Shown: positions 24,982 to 34,343, counted from the stretch's first letter. The stretch is 60,734 nt of DNA from an uncultured Planctomycetales bacterium (GCA_964464475.1 CAYXGG010000004.1:70940-131673), one strand, 5' to 3'. Notes: generated from the sequence alone by a model not told the origin. Program-made: numbers and translations.

Positions 24982-25260
24982 TTAACTACGTTGTGTGACT
25001 TCCACCAAATGAAAACCAAACTGCGTTTTAACCGGCCCCAACACTTTTCCGACTTCACCTTCAAAAACAACCTGATCAAAAGCTGGCACCATCTGTCCTC
25101 GGGAAAATTCTCCTAAATCTCCCCCGCGACGCCCGGAAGGACACTTAGAATGCTGCTGAGCCAAGGAAGCAAAATCAGCGCCTCCCTCAATTTCTGATTT
25201 TAACCGAAGGCATTCGACCTCATTATTAACCAAAATATGTCTAGCTCGGGCTTTACTCAT
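24982..25260 (-). CDS. ppiC: parvulin-type peptidyl-prolyl cis-trans isomerase
   Basis: 92 aa: ARHILV........I..GADFA.LA..HS.CPS...GGDLG.F..GQMVPAFD..VF....G...GPV.TQFG.HL..V. Confidence 0.9.
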   Translation of the reverse strand: MSKARARHILVNNEVECLRLKSEIEGGADFASLAQQHSKCPSGRRGGDLGEFSRGQMVPAFDQVVFEGEVGKVLGPVKTQFGFHLVEVTQRS

Positions 25261-25305
25261 CGCTGACTCCTTATAATTTGTACCGATGGTGGATTTGTAA
25301 ACGCT

Positions 25306-25701
25306 TTATTGTCCCAACTCACATTTAAATTCAATCATCGTCTTATAATCTTCGTTAGAAACAATTTTTCCCAAACTATCCGTGGCCTTATTGGAACCCA
25401 AAACACCCGAACCGATTTGTCCGGCCTTTTGTGCCGTTTGATTCAATCGTTCATCAATGAGTCCCTGATAAATAGTCTCTTCACTAAGAACCATGGCCAT
25501 TCCTTGTTTTCTGCTGGCGCAAAACGTATTCGCGGAAGTACGCGCATTAAGCATTGATTTATCTTTATTGGCGGAAAACTCAATTAACTCATAACTCCCT
25601 TGCGCCGTCATCGTGGCCAAAGGAACTTTCTTTGCCGTCCCACAACCAATGATTGATAAGCACCCTAAAAATAAACTGAGATATAGCTGGCCTCTTTTCA
25701 T
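25306..25701 (-). CDS. hypothetical lipoprotein
   Basis: Signal peptide with lipobox (LSIIGC). I recognise no domain. Confidence 0.45.
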   Translation of the reverse strand: MKRGQLYLSLFLGCLSIIGCGTAKKVPLATMTAQGSYELIEFSANKDKSMLNARTSANTFCASRKQGMAMVLSEETIYQGLIDERLNQTAQKAGQIGSGVLGSNKATDSLGKIVSNEDYKTMIEFKCELGQ

Positions 25702-25857
25702 ACCTTTAAACTCCTTATTTACAATTATTATTAATCATTGCTTAAGCGGCGATATTCTAACCGGGCAAGGTTGCCCTGTCGAGTGATTTCTATGGAGCAG
25801 AAATTCTCAAAAAAACCAGACCCAGGATGTTCTGTCGCTTATAATCAACCATCATTT

Positions 25858-26949
25858 ATGACTTCAAACCCGAATAAAGAATATTACCCGTTTCTAGACG
25901 GCTTAAGGGCGTTGGCCGCTTTTTGGGTATTACTGCATCATCTTTTTGTTCAATGGGAACTATACGATTATTTTGGCAAGGGATTATCCGGCATTTATCC
26001 TTTAGTCACCGTTGGATTCTTTGGAGTTGACGTTTTTTTTGTGATCAGCGGATTTCTCATTACAGGGCTTTTACTCCCAGAACTTAAAGAAACCGTTAAC
26101 CTTAAACGCTTTTACGTTCGCCGTTTTCTCAAAATTGTTCCTCACTATTACGCCGTTGTCTTGCTAAGCGTATTATTCCTTGGGCCGACCCTATTGGAAG
26201 AACCTAGTTTCATATCCTATGGGTTATTCTTCCAAAACTATTTCGGAACCATCGATATTTTGTCGCACACATGGTCCCTAGCCGTAGAGGAACATTTTTA
26301 TTTAATTTATCCTTTGGCATTATTGTTGATTTGTCGACTAAAGAATAATTTTTTATCACGTATTAAAACTTTGATCATCTGCCTAACCGGCGTGATTATC
26401 TTCCAGAATATTTTACGATTTATCATTTTAGGGGACACGCCTATTCTATCCGTTCCAGAATTACAAAGACCCACTCATTTAAGACTGGATGGCCTGGCGC
26501 TTGGGTGTTTAGTGAAAGCACTCGAAGTCCTCCTTGCTGAAAAGGGCTTCACCTATGCCCCTTGGATCGGGAAAATGGCCTTTTTAGTCGGAGGAATTTT
26601 CTTTGCATCCTTATTTACCGACCTGCCAGCGCTTGGCTATTGCGACCATTGGTATTCTTTTTCATTAGCCTCACTGGCCACAGCGCTGATCATTTTCGCA
26701 GCGACGTTAAACTTTTGCCCCCTAGCTCCTTTGCTAAATATGCCTTTCCTACGCTGGATCGGCCGACATTCTTATGGAATTTATTTATGGCACTACATTA
26801 TTCTTTGGGTCTTTATCAATCGAATACAGCTACCCGCCTCCCTGGCTAACATTAGCTTATATTTATTAATAACACTCTCTTTAGGGATCTTGACATCTCT
26901 GACCATTGAGCGCTATTGCTTACGTCTTCGCCAACACCTGGCCCCTTAA
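25858..26949 (+). CDS. membrane acyltransferase family 3 (O-acyltransferase)
   Basis: YYPFLDGLRALAAFWVLLHH, SHTWSLAVEEHFYLIYP, and about 10 TM helices. The start is chosen at ATG 25858. The track ORF begins at TTG 25738, and ATG 25792 is also possible. Confidence 0.85.
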   Translation: MTSNPNKEYYPFLDGLRALAAFWVLLHHLFVQWELYDYFGKGLSGIYPLVTVGFFGVDVFFVISGFLITGLLLPELKETVNLKRFYVRRFLKIVPHYYAVVLLSVLFLGPTLLEEPSFISYGLFFQNYFGTIDILSHTWSLAVEEHFYLIYPLALLLICRLKNNFLSRIKTLIICLTGVIIFQNILRFIILGDTPILSVPELQRPTHLRLDGLALGCLVKALEVLLAEKGFTYAPWIGKMAFLVGGIFFASLFTDLPALGYCDHWYSFSLASLATALIIFAATLNFCPLAPLLNMPFLRWIGRHSYGIYLWHYIILWVFINRIQLPASLANISLYLLITLSLGILTSLTIERYCLRLRQHLAP

Positions 26950-27062
26950 GCGTGAATAAATTTTCATTTTACTAATGGGCCTTTCCTCACTATGCTAAGT
27001 TTTTTAAAAAGGAGGTTGCTCTGTCGCTCTTTAATGATTTACTCGGTGGGGCTTTAGGTTCA

Positions 27063-27488
27063 GTGCTCGGTAATCAATCGTCATCAACAAACGCCTTAAC
27101 GCAAATTCTTAACGGTTTAAGTACTAACAACACCAAAACTGGGAACAATTTGCTGGCCGGGGTCATGAATCTCGTCCAACAAAATGGCGGGTTAGTTGAT
27201 GTTTTGGGGAAATTCGCAAAGTCAGGATTGGCGAACGAAGCTAATTCTTGGGTGGGAACAGGTCCCAACAAACCGATTTCTGCCAACCATATTCAGCAAG
27301 TCTTTGGCAACCAGTCTGTACAGCAAATAGCTTCACAACTGGGAATGAGCCAGCAAGATACTGGTTCTGCCATCGCCAAGATATTGCCGGAATTGATAAA
27401 CCAATTAACCCCCAAAGGAAACGTTCCGGACAATCACCAAGACCTTTTTTCTCAGGGGCTAGCCATGTTATCCAAGCTCGCCAAGTAA
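27063..27488 (+). CDS. yidB: YidB-family (DUF937) protein
   Basis: GGL.DVLGKF...GL...A.SWVGTG.N.PIS...I.QV.G......IA.QLGMS...........LPE.I..LTP.G. The track start is GTG 27063. The frame stays open back to 26976 and encodes LSLFNDLLGGALGS after a GGAGG at 27011-27015. The real start may therefore be a non-canonical codon near 27021. Confidence 0.75.
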   Translation: MLGNQSSSTNALTQILNGLSTNNTKTGNNLLAGVMNLVQQNGGLVDVLGKFAKSGLANEANSWVGTGPNKPISANHIQQVFGNQSVQQIASQLGMSQQDTGSAIAKILPELINQLTPKGNVPDNHQDLFSQGLAMLSKLAK

Positions 27489-27512
27489 TTGGGAGAAAGA
27501 AGTAGGAATAGA

Positions 27513-27553
27513 ACAGGGCCCCTTGAGCGTTCGCTCAAGGGGCCCTGTTTTTC
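27513..27553. terminator. bidirectional hairpin terminator between yidB (+) and the DoxX gene (-)
   Basis: acagggccccttgagcg-ttc-gctcaaggggccctgt, followed by TTTTT on the plus strand. Confidence 0.7.
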
Positions 27554-27577
27554 ATCAACTCACACCTCACTTAGCCG

Positions 27578-27979
27578 TTACCCTTTCGACCAAACCCTCC
27601 CCAGGCTAAACTTTCCCCCACCGGTCAACATCAAAGCACCGGCGATCGTCCAATAAGCGAGCGCCAATTCCTTGACTTGCAATGGATCGGATTTATGGGT
27701 GATAAAGGCAGCCACACTCATCGTAACAAAAATAAAAAAAGCAGAAATTCTTGGAAAAATCCCTAAAGCGAGTAGCAACCCTCCCCCTAATTCAGCTCCC
27801 AAAGCAGCCCAGGCAAAGAATTCCGGTAAAGGAAATCCCATTTTAGATACTCCCTCAATCAATTTAGGCATGCTGTTGTGCGCCAGCTTCTGGTATCCAT
27901 GATAAGCAATCCCCGCGCCCATCAAAACCCGCAACCATAGCAAACCGAAATCCGTGAATTTGCCGTGAGTATCTTTCAT
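27578..27979 (-). CDS. DoxX-family membrane protein
   Basis: FGLLWLRVLMGAGIAYHGYQKL... with 4 TM helices. GGAGG lies 7 nt 5' of ATG 27979; the track ORF is longer. Confidence 0.8.
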   Translation of the reverse strand: MKDTHGKFTDFGLLWLRVLMGAGIAYHGYQKLAHNSMPKLIEGVSKMGFPLPEFFAWAALGAELGGGLLLALGIFPRISAFFIFVTMSVAAFITHKSDPLQVKELALAYWTIAGALMLTGGGKFSLGRVWSKG

Positions 27980-28031
27980 GAGAGTCCTCCTTTTTAACTT
28001 TTTTTGAAAAAGAGGGCCGGCCTCGTTATTG

Positions 28032-28146
28032 GTCTTTTCCTTACTAATAAAAATAAGGAAGCCCAATATAACGACCTTTGTCTTCTAGAGAAAAGACCTC
28101 ATATTGACTTCCACTTTTCCTTTAGCAGTACAAAGGTCAATAAAAC
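28032..28146 (+). repeat. modular intergenic repeat, copy E (scaffold without the GC core), lying between the two arms of a terminator-like 10-bp inverted repeat
   Basis: It aligns with copy A on both sides of the point where A carries the 52-nt core (..gagaaaagacc|tcata|ttgacttcc..). It is flanked by gagggccggc (28012-28021) and gccggccctc (28050-28059). Confidence 0.75.
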
Positions 28147-28168
28147 GCAGCCGGCCCTCAACTCAACG

Positions 28169-28675
28169 TTATTCAACATTAGGGTCCCGCAATACTTTAG
28201 CAACACACTTATTTTCTTCACAGCGCGGGACATCGTATTCTAAGGGAGCCGCGCACTCCACGTAAGGTTGCATCAAGGCAAACACTTTATTATCAAAATA
28301 AATGTTCATTGGTTCCGGTCCACAAACGGCTTCCCGTAAAGCGCAATCACGATCCTGTAAACAAAAGCTAGCGTCCGACTGATATTTAAATTTTGATTCA
28401 ACCGGTTCACACCAGCGATAGCTAGAAAAACAACGCAGCATATTGGCGTTATATCCGGGAGGACAACCATAATTCTCAGTTAATCCCGAAATATCCCGCT
28501 GAAACCCTCCCTTTTCCATACGATCCACCGACGCCTCACAACAGCTTACCGATTGCTGGGTCTGACATTCATCTTGTAACGCTTGATAATATCGTTGCTG
28601 TAAAAAATTCTTTTCTTGCGCATAAACTGAATTACTAAACAAAAGAAAAAAACCTATGAATAGCACTAAACGCAT
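28169..28675 (-). CDS. secreted cysteine-rich protein (14 Cys), function unknown
   Basis: Signal peptide MRLVLFIGFFLLFSNSVYA. I recognise no domain. Confidence 0.45.
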   Translation of the reverse strand: MRLVLFIGFFLLFSNSVYAQEKNFLQQRYYQALQDECQTQQSVSCCEASVDRMEKGGFQRDISGLTENYGCPPGYNANMLRCFSSYRWCEPVESKFKYQSDASFCLQDRDCALREAVCGPEPMNIYFDNKVFALMQPYVECAAPLEYDVPRCEENKCVAKVLRDPNVE

Positions 28676-28689
28676 GACAGCATCTCCCT

Positions 28690-28950
28690 TTAAGCTTCGA
28701 AACGAAAATGCACAAACACTCGCCCAAAATTCTTGTCATCTTTTTCAACACGATGATACATTTTCTTAATGTTGGGACGATTCAGAAAACGCAAAACACC
28801 TTTCTTAAGCTGTCCGCTGCCTTTTCCTGGAATAATTTCAACCAAGGAAATTTTTTTGCTCACGGCTTCGGCAATAACCCGATTGAGTTCGGATTCAATG
28901 GTTCGTCCCTGATTAAAAATACCATGTAAATCTAGTTTAATTTTAGCCAC
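28690..28950 (-). CDS. Smr-domain protein
   Basis: KLDLHG.........L......A......L.EIIPGKGSGQLKKGVLRFL. GTG start in the track. Confidence 0.7.
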   Translation of the reverse strand: MAKIKLDLHGIFNQGRTIESELNRVIAEAVSKKISLVEIIPGKGSGQLKKGVLRFLNRPNIKKMYHRVEKDDKNFGRVFVHFRFEA

Positions 28951-28952
28951 GC

Positions 28953-29633
28953 TTAATCTTCCTCTAAATGACTCATCATCGACGCTAATTGCGAAAATTT
29001 CTCGAGGTAATCCTCTCGCGCCAATCGAATGACTTCCAAGGCCTCTTCACAATTATATACGTGCGTGATTTCACAATGACGTTCATCCGAACCGGGAAGA
29101 TCTTTGTAAGTTAAGAAATAATGCCGCAATCGATCAATAAACGCGCTGGGGCAATCACTCACATCCTGCCACTGGCTATATAATCCGTCGGAATGCATAA
29201 CGGCGATAATTTTGTCATCCGCCTGTCCATTATCAATCATGCGAAACCCACCGATGGGAGTGGCCCGCACAATAATATCGCCATGGCTTATTGTTTTTTC
29301 CGTTAACACACAAATATCAAGAGGATCATCGTCTCCCACGATAGCCGGTCGCCCAGTCTTCCCTCCGCAGAAACGAGCGATTCTTCCCGCACAATACGTT
29401 TGTGGAATAAAGCCATACAAAGTAGGACAAATGCTGGAATATTTTTGAGGCCGATCCACTTTCAAAAAACCACTTTTCTTATCAATCTCATATTTGACGG
29501 TGTCGGTGGGAACCGTTTCTATATATGTATTAACCATAGCCGGGGCTTCTAAACCAATAGGAATTCCATGCCAGGGATGAGACCGTAATAAAAGTGCCAA
29601 CGACTGCCAGAGATGAGCTAAATGTTGATCCAT
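28953..29633 (-). CDS. ppa: inorganic pyrophosphatase, family I (long form)
   Basis: VNTYIE.P......KYE.DK..G...VDR, GDDDPLDICVL, G.FRMIDNGQADDKIIAV. Confidence 0.85.
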   Translation of the reverse strand: MDQHLAHLWQSLALLLRSHPWHGIPIGLEAPAMVNTYIETVPTDTVKYEIDKKSGFLKVDRPQKYSSICPTLYGFIPQTYCAGRIARFCGGKTGRPAIVGDDDPLDICVLTEKTISHGDIIVRATPIGGFRMIDNGQADDKIIAVMHSDGLYSQWQDVSDCPSAFIDRLRHYFLTYKDLPGSDERHCEITHVYNCEEALEVIRLAREDYLEKFSQLASMMSHLEED

Positions 29634-29714
29634 ACATTTTCCTTTCTTGATTGCGGCCCATTATAGCAAAAAAAGAGGCCCCGCCAATGCTGGGGCCAAA
29701 ATAATTCTCCTATT

Positions 29715-29759
29715 TTACTGGCCTTTTTTTACCGAAGATAGAAAGCAAAAGGCCAGTAA
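29715..29759. repeat. solo hairpin module of the repeat family (copy F)
   Basis: ttactggcctttt (29715-29727) and aaaaggccagtaa (29747-29759) form a 13-bp perfect inverted repeat. The arms share the tactggcctttt / aaaaggccagta motif with copies B, C and D. Confidence 0.6.
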
Positions 29760-29767
29760 CGTGCTTA

Positions 29768-30247
29768 TTAATTTTGGTTTGCTAACGACTTTCTAAATTT
29801 CTCACGCCTCGTTTTCTTCAATTGATCAAATTCGGCATACTGTTCGGGGGTAAGAATTTTGCGGGCCTTAAGAATTTTGTCAAGCCGCGCATCCGCAGCC
29901 TGATTCTTTAATTCCCGGATCTCTTGATGCCATTGGCGAATCTTCCCTTCATCATAATCTTGTTTCTTTAGCTCAACATCAATAAAACTCCGCTTCTCTT
30001 TCATTTTTTCCGACAATGCTTTCATAACCTCACGATTCTCTTCACGATTATTATTTAAGGCCTCCTGCTGCTGCGGGGTTAATTTCAACTGGCTATACAT
30101 CTGTTCACGAGCCTGATCCCATTGCTCGCTATTCCATTCGCGATGCTGAAAAGCGTCATCTCGAGCAAAAGCTGCCGTGACGATCAATAAACTGAACGCC
30201 GACACCATGATTATCCCATACCAATTATTTACCTGATGTCTTCGCAT
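29768..30247 (-). CDS. periplasmic Spy/CpxP-family (LTXXQ motif) protein
   Basis: Two LTXXQ-type motifs (LKLTPQQQEAL, ILTPEQYAEF), a helical and charged sequence, and a signal/anchor. AGGAG lies 7 nt 5' of ATG 30247. Confidence 0.6.
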   Translation of the reverse strand: MRRHQVNNWYGIIMVSAFSLLIVTAAFARDDAFQHREWNSEQWDQAREQMYSQLKLTPQQQEALNNNREENREVMKALSEKMKEKRSFIDVELKKQDYDEGKIRQWHQEIRELKNQAADARLDKILKARKILTPEQYAEFDQLKKTRREKFRKSLANQN

Positions 30248-30294
30248 ATACTGCTCCTTTCTCCTCAACGGTATTCGATCCATCCTCTATCCCA

Positions 30295-30792
30295 TCACAA
30301 AAAATAACCTTCAAAATCCGCCGCATAAATTTCCTTGTCGGCCATGGCCATCTCATCCAACTCCTCAAAAGTCTCCTCCATAAGCTCTACAGCTGTCACC
30401 CTTTGCTTAACCGTTGACAAGGAGGGAGCCAAAACACCTACCCCAATGGCAATAACCACCACTCCCATGACCAACCCAGCTAAGGCCGCTCTAGGCAACG
30501 TCACCCAACGATCCCATAACATCGACCAATTTTCTCTCCAAGATGTTCTAACGGGTAACTTCTCTTCCATCGCAATCTGCTGTTGGAGGGCTGACCAGAC
30601 TCTTTCAGACGAAATCTTAAACGTGGGTATATCTATAAAAGGTTCCACCGTCACCTGACGGGCGTCAGCTGCCAGTTCCGCACAAACGCGGCAAGACGAC
30701 AAATGTATTTCTACCTTCTGCTTTACTTCCGGAGAGCATTCTCCGTCTAAATACTCAGTCAATATTAAATCTCGAATTTGATCACAATTCAT
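30295..30792 (-). CDS. anti-sigma factor (zf-HC2 type) with one TM helix
   Basis: MNCDQIRDLILTEYLDGECS...HLSSCRVCAE has the H-x3-C-x2-C motif. The TM helix is AALAGLVMGVVVIAIGVGVLA. The gene overlaps the sigma gene stop by 11 nt. Confidence 0.7.
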   Translation of the reverse strand: MNCDQIRDLILTEYLDGECSPEVKQKVEIHLSSCRVCAELAADARQVTVEPFIDIPTFKISSERVWSALQQQIAMEEKLPVRTSWRENWSMLWDRWVTLPRAALAGLVMGVVVIAIGVGVLAPSLSTVKQRVTAVELMEETFEELDEMAMADKEIYAADFEGYFL

Positions 30793-31342
30793 GGGAAAGC
30801 ACCTCTTTTTTGGAAGCCAGCATAGCCTCACGTGCCCGTTTAATTCGCGTTCGAACCGTATTGATCGGAATGGACAGGGTTTCTGCAATTTGCTGATAAC
30901 TTAACCCCTCCTGACTGCGTAAGACAAGGCAGGTGCGCTGTTCGGGATTAAGAGCTGCCAGGAGTTTTTGAACTGCCGTTTGCCGCAACGATTTATCCAT
31001 ATCATCCGCAACGGAAGACATAACGGTTAAGGCGGTATTCTGCGCCATAGCGTCTTCCTGGTTAGTGACATTCTGGTTAGATTTTCGAATATAGTTCAAG
31101 GAGGTGTTCACGGTGATGCGATACAACCAAGTTTTAAAAGTCGAACCAAATTGAAAATTAGGCAGACTCCGATACACGTTTAGAAAAACCTCTTGAGTGA
31201 CATCTTCCGCGTCTTGGGTGTTATTGACAATACGGCCAGCCACGTTAACAACAAAACGAAAATGACTTTCGTAAAGAACTCTAAATGATTTCCAGTCGCC
31301 CCGAGCCGCGGCACGGATGACTTCTTCGGGAATCTCAACCAT
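30782..31342 (-). CDS. ECF-type RNA polymerase sigma-70 factor
   Basis: Region 2 (DAEDVTQEVFLNVYRSL..F.....F.TWLYRITVN) and region 4 (LSYQQIAETLSIPINTVRTRIKRAR). Confidence 0.9.
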   Translation of the reverse strand: MVEIPEEVIRAAARGDWKSFRVLYESHFRFVVNVAGRIVNNTQDAEDVTQEVFLNVYRSLPNFQFGSTFKTWLYRITVNTSLNYIRKSNQNVTNQEDAMAQNTALTVMSSVADDMDKSLRQTAVQKLLAALNPEQRTCLVLRSQEGLSYQQIAETLSIPINTVRTRIKRAREAMLASKKEVLSHEL

Positions 31343-31518
31343 AATGAGGGCGCTTACTTTCGATTAGCCACACAACCAGTAGTCAGAAAAATTAATAATT
31401 ACTAAATGATTTTACTCTCAGATCCCGGATTTCTCAGCTAAATTCTGCCCCGGCTCCCCAAGGGCGTTAAAATATTTTGATCTTCAGGGAGCCGGGATTC
31501 AAAGGATAAACGCTACGA

Positions 31519-31818
31519 TTACTTACCCAACACAATAACTATTTTGCCATGCAAATCAACTCCTGATCTTGCCTCTCGCCCTTCACGATGATGATCACGA
31601 TGATTATCCCAACGATCGTGACGTTCACCTCGGCAGTGTTCACGGTAGCGATGATGGCTTCGGCAACCATAGGAACAATCTCTGACTTTCACATAATGCA
31701 CATGCCGATAATGCTTATGATGATACGATCCTCCCCCCGCGTAAACTGAAGAACTTCCCAAAAGAAAAGAACTTCCCAGAACCCCCCCCATGACGGCGAG
31801 CTTTAAAACCTTATTCAT
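31519..31818 (-). CDS. secreted His/Arg/Cys-rich small protein
   Basis: Signal peptide, then SYHHKHYRHVHYVKVRDCSYGCRSHHRYREHCRGERHDRWDNHRDHHREGRE. GGGGGAG lies 5' of the ATG. Confidence 0.5.
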   Translation of the reverse strand: MNKVLKLAVMGGVLGSSFLLGSSSVYAGGGSYHHKHYRHVHYVKVRDCSYGCRSHHRYREHCRGERHDRWDNHRDHHREGREARSGVDLHGKIVIVLGK

Positions 31819-31909
31819 ATCTCCCCCTTTTTCAATGTACGGTTCCTTTATATAAAAGCAATCACTTACTTAGACAGAAGAAGTCCCAAAAAGTTCCCTA
31901 AAATTATCA

Positions 31910-31940
31910 GGGGGACTAAACCGTTCCGGTTTAGTCCCCC
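31910..31940 (-). terminator. hairpin after the dienelactone hydrolase gene
   Basis: gggggactaaaccg-ttc-cggtttagtccccc. The T-tract is weak. Confidence 0.45.
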
Positions 31941-31969
31941 TATCCCCACCACCAAACGCCAATCAGAAA

Positions 31970-32761
31970 TTAACGTTGAAACACGTCTTGCAAGAAAGCC
32001 TTCATGTCCGCCCAAGACTGCTGGTCGGCAGCGGCATTATAAGCGACACCCATTCCAAATTTCTTACCTAACTGATCCGCTTCCGGATTGGTAAAACTAT
32101 GCTTAGCACCCGCATATTCCACAAAACGATAATCTGACTTAGCCGCATCCATTTCTTGTTTAAACTGGGCGATTTGCTCCGACGTAATAAAGTTATCTTC
32201 TTTGCCGTGGCAAACAAGCACCTTGGCTTTTACGGTGCCAGCTTTCGGGGCCTCAGCTAAAGCCAATCCCCCATGAAAGCTAACCACGCCTTTAAGATCA
32301 ACGCCCGCCCGAGCCATATTCAACACCGTTGAACCACCAAAACAATATCCGATCGCTGCCAAATTAGCCACGTCCACCAACTCTTGCGCTTTAAGAAATT
32401 CTAAACCCGCGTCAAAACGCGCTTTGAGAATATCCCATTTCGCCATCACTTCACCAACAAACTTTTGCGCGTCTTCAGGATGATTGGCCTGCTTGCCATC
32501 ACCATACATATCCACCGCGAACGCGACGTATCCTTCCTGAGCCAGCATTTCGGCCCGTTTGCGGGCATAGGCGTTATGGCCCCACCATTCGTGAACCACT
32601 AAAACTCCGGGACGCTTTCCTTCTATTTGGTCATCATACGCCAAATAACCTTTGAGAACTTTCGCGTCAGTGTCTTGATAGGTCACTTCTTTCCCAACCA
32701 CCGCGGCCGAAGCCGGCGCGCCCCAGAGCAACAACAACGCAACAACCAACCAATTTCGCAT
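31970..32761 (-). CDS. dienelactone hydrolase family protein, secreted
   Basis: PGVLVVHEWWG.N.Y...RAEMLA.EGY.A.A.DMYG, GYCFGG nucleophile elbow, HG..D. The start is at ATG 32761, giving signal peptide MRNWLVVALLLLWGAPASA, with AGGAG 7 nt upstream. The track ORF extends to 32956. Confidence 0.85.
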   Translation of the reverse strand: MRNWLVVALLLLWGAPASAAVVGKEVTYQDTDAKVLKGYLAYDDQIEGKRPGVLVVHEWWGHNAYARKRAEMLAQEGYVAFAVDMYGDGKQANHPEDAQKFVGEVMAKWDILKARFDAGLEFLKAQELVDVANLAAIGYCFGGSTVLNMARAGVDLKGVVSFHGGLALAEAPKAGTVKAKVLVCHGKEDNFITSEQIAQFKQEMDAAKSDYRFVEYAGAKHSFTNPEADQLGKKFGMGVAYNAAADQQSWADMKAFLQDVFQR

Positions 32762-32852
32762 AAGTGACTCCTTGCTCAATGTAATTTTGACAAAATGATT
32801 ACCAACCCAGGGCGCTATTATAGCAAAAACCCTTCTCGCTTCCTTAGCCCGA

Positions 32853-32870
32853 ATTTTGCATTTGCAAAAT
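32853..32870. promoter_or_regulatory. 18-bp palindrome ATTTTGCA-TT-TGCAAAAT about 95 nt 5' of the hydrolase start
   Basis: Perfect 8-bp arms, read directly from the sequence. Confidence 0.2.
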
Positions 32871-33047
32871 CCCCGCCTGTCGCCATTATAAAACGGCAGA
32901 CAGGCGCCCAAAGGGCCCCGCCAGGGCGGGGGGCAATCCCAAATTTCAGGAAGCACTTTTTTATGCTAGCTTCTCAAGTCGCAAAAATGGCTTCTATTAC
33001 AAAATTTGGGATCAGAGCGAAGGGTTTTGTGAATATCATTAACTCAG

Positions 33048-34343
33048 TTAATATTTAAGCACGACTTGCGAATAAAGCCAATCCGCGTCATCATCGGCAC
33101 CCGTGTCCCGAACATACTCTCCCGTAAAAAAGTGCGCAGCACCCACTTCAAATTTCACATGTTTGTTTAATTCGTAATTGGCCCGCAGCGATACTTCCTG
33201 GCCCACGTAATACCCCCGCTCGCCGGAAGTCTTTGTGCGCAACGCGACTCCCGCGGAATTAAACCACGAATCTGCGTTACTTTCTAACCAGAAAAAGTTT
33301 GTCTCCCCGGTTAACTTAAGTTTCTCATGAACAGCTAGAACCAGCTGCCCTGCCAACTCACGCATATTCTGCCAACGAAAAAAATCCATCTGCCCATAGG
33401 GCGTATGCGTTGATTGGTAAAGCGGTACAAATGAGTTGGCTTCATCATCATTAGGATCTTGGTCGCCTGTGGCTTGATTATATTCCAATGTCATTTTGGG
33501 TTTCCACTTTAATTGCTTCCAAGTGCGATTGATATCCGCATGCAACGCCCAAGCCCGAATGTCCCGTCCAACCAATTCCCCAAATTGAAAGGGAACTTCT
33601 AAATCATACTGGAACTCGCCCCCTACCTTACCCGAGTGTCTCGCCCCAACGGTATAACGTTCCACGTGGGCCGCCGTGCGATGATCCCAAAGACTCAGGA
33701 AATACCCTTCAAATAAGGGGGACTCTTTTTCTTTCTGAAAACCGCCATAGAATCCACCCAGCTTTTCATCTTCACGCGAGCGGTTAAAATTATTATCATC
33801 GTAATTCACCGTTTGGCCGTAAATGAGATCACTGTAAAATCCCGCTTGATCAATATGCGCGACCGCCGCGTCAAAAGAACGCATACGGTTATTAAACGCG
33901 GGGGCTCCGATCAAACGACCTTTCCCATACTCCAAAATTTGTCGACCAATTTTGACATCCACCCTTGATCCGGCAATGTCTTGCGCTTTAATGTAACCTT
34001 GAAAAAAATCAAAATCATCGACCTGATTCGCCAATGGCTTTAGCTGATACCCCCCTGTCTGAGCATCCAACCCTTCCCAAAACAACTCAAGTTTTTCCTT
34101 TGCTTCCTCATTATTAAAAACTAATTTTCCATTTAAGCGTAACCGGTGAAAGAACAAACTTCCATTATCTTTCCGAGTCTCATTAAAATCATAATCCTTA
34201 CGAAACTCGTAGCGAAATCTTTCCTCGACCCCGACACTGGGCTTCCAGCCTAAGGGTATTTCCCCAGCATAAAGATCCATGCTCCCAAAAAAGATTGCCA
34301 ACAATAAATTGGTTATCCGCCAAACTTTTAAACAATAACGCAT
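33048..34343 (-). CDS. outer-membrane beta-barrel porin (alginate-export-like family)
   Basis: Signal peptide from ATG 34343. It shows an alternating amphipathic pattern, ERFRYEFRKDYDF...FFHRLRLNGKL, and a C-terminal ..VVLKY. Confidence 0.5.
   Translation of the reverse strand: MRYCLKVWRITNLLLAIFFGSMDLYAGEIPLGWKPSVGVEERFRYEFRKDYDFNETRKDNGSLFFHRLRLNGKLVFNNEEAKEKLELFWEGLDAQTGGYQLKPLANQVDDFDFFQGYIKAQDIAGSRVDVKIGRQILEYGKGRLIGAPAFNNRMRSFDAAVAHIDQAGFYSDLIYGQTVNYDDNNFNRSREDEKLGGFYGGFQKEKESPLFEGYFLSLWDHRTAAHVERYTVGARHSGKVGGEFQYDLEVPFQFGELVGRDIRAWALHADINRTWKQLKWKPKMTLEYNQATGDQDPNDDEANSFVPLYQSTHTPYGQMDFFRWQNMRELAGQLVLAVHEKLKLTGETNFFWLESNADSWFNSAGVALRTKTSGERGYYVGQEVSLRANYELNKHVKFEVGAAHFFTGEYVRDTGADDDADWLYSQVVLKY

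Noticed and set aside
31343-31518. ECF-type autoregulated promoter (GGAAC-N16-CGT-like) upstream of the sigma gene
   Set aside because: I found no convincing AAC...CGT motif pair by eye. There is only a 10-bp inverted repeat with a long loop (cccggctccc / gggagccggg) of unclear role.
32762-32956. N-terminal 65-aa extension of the dienelactone hydrolase ORF
   Set aside because: The extension runs through two terminator-like hairpins and a palindrome. A good SD and signal peptide begin at ATG 32761.
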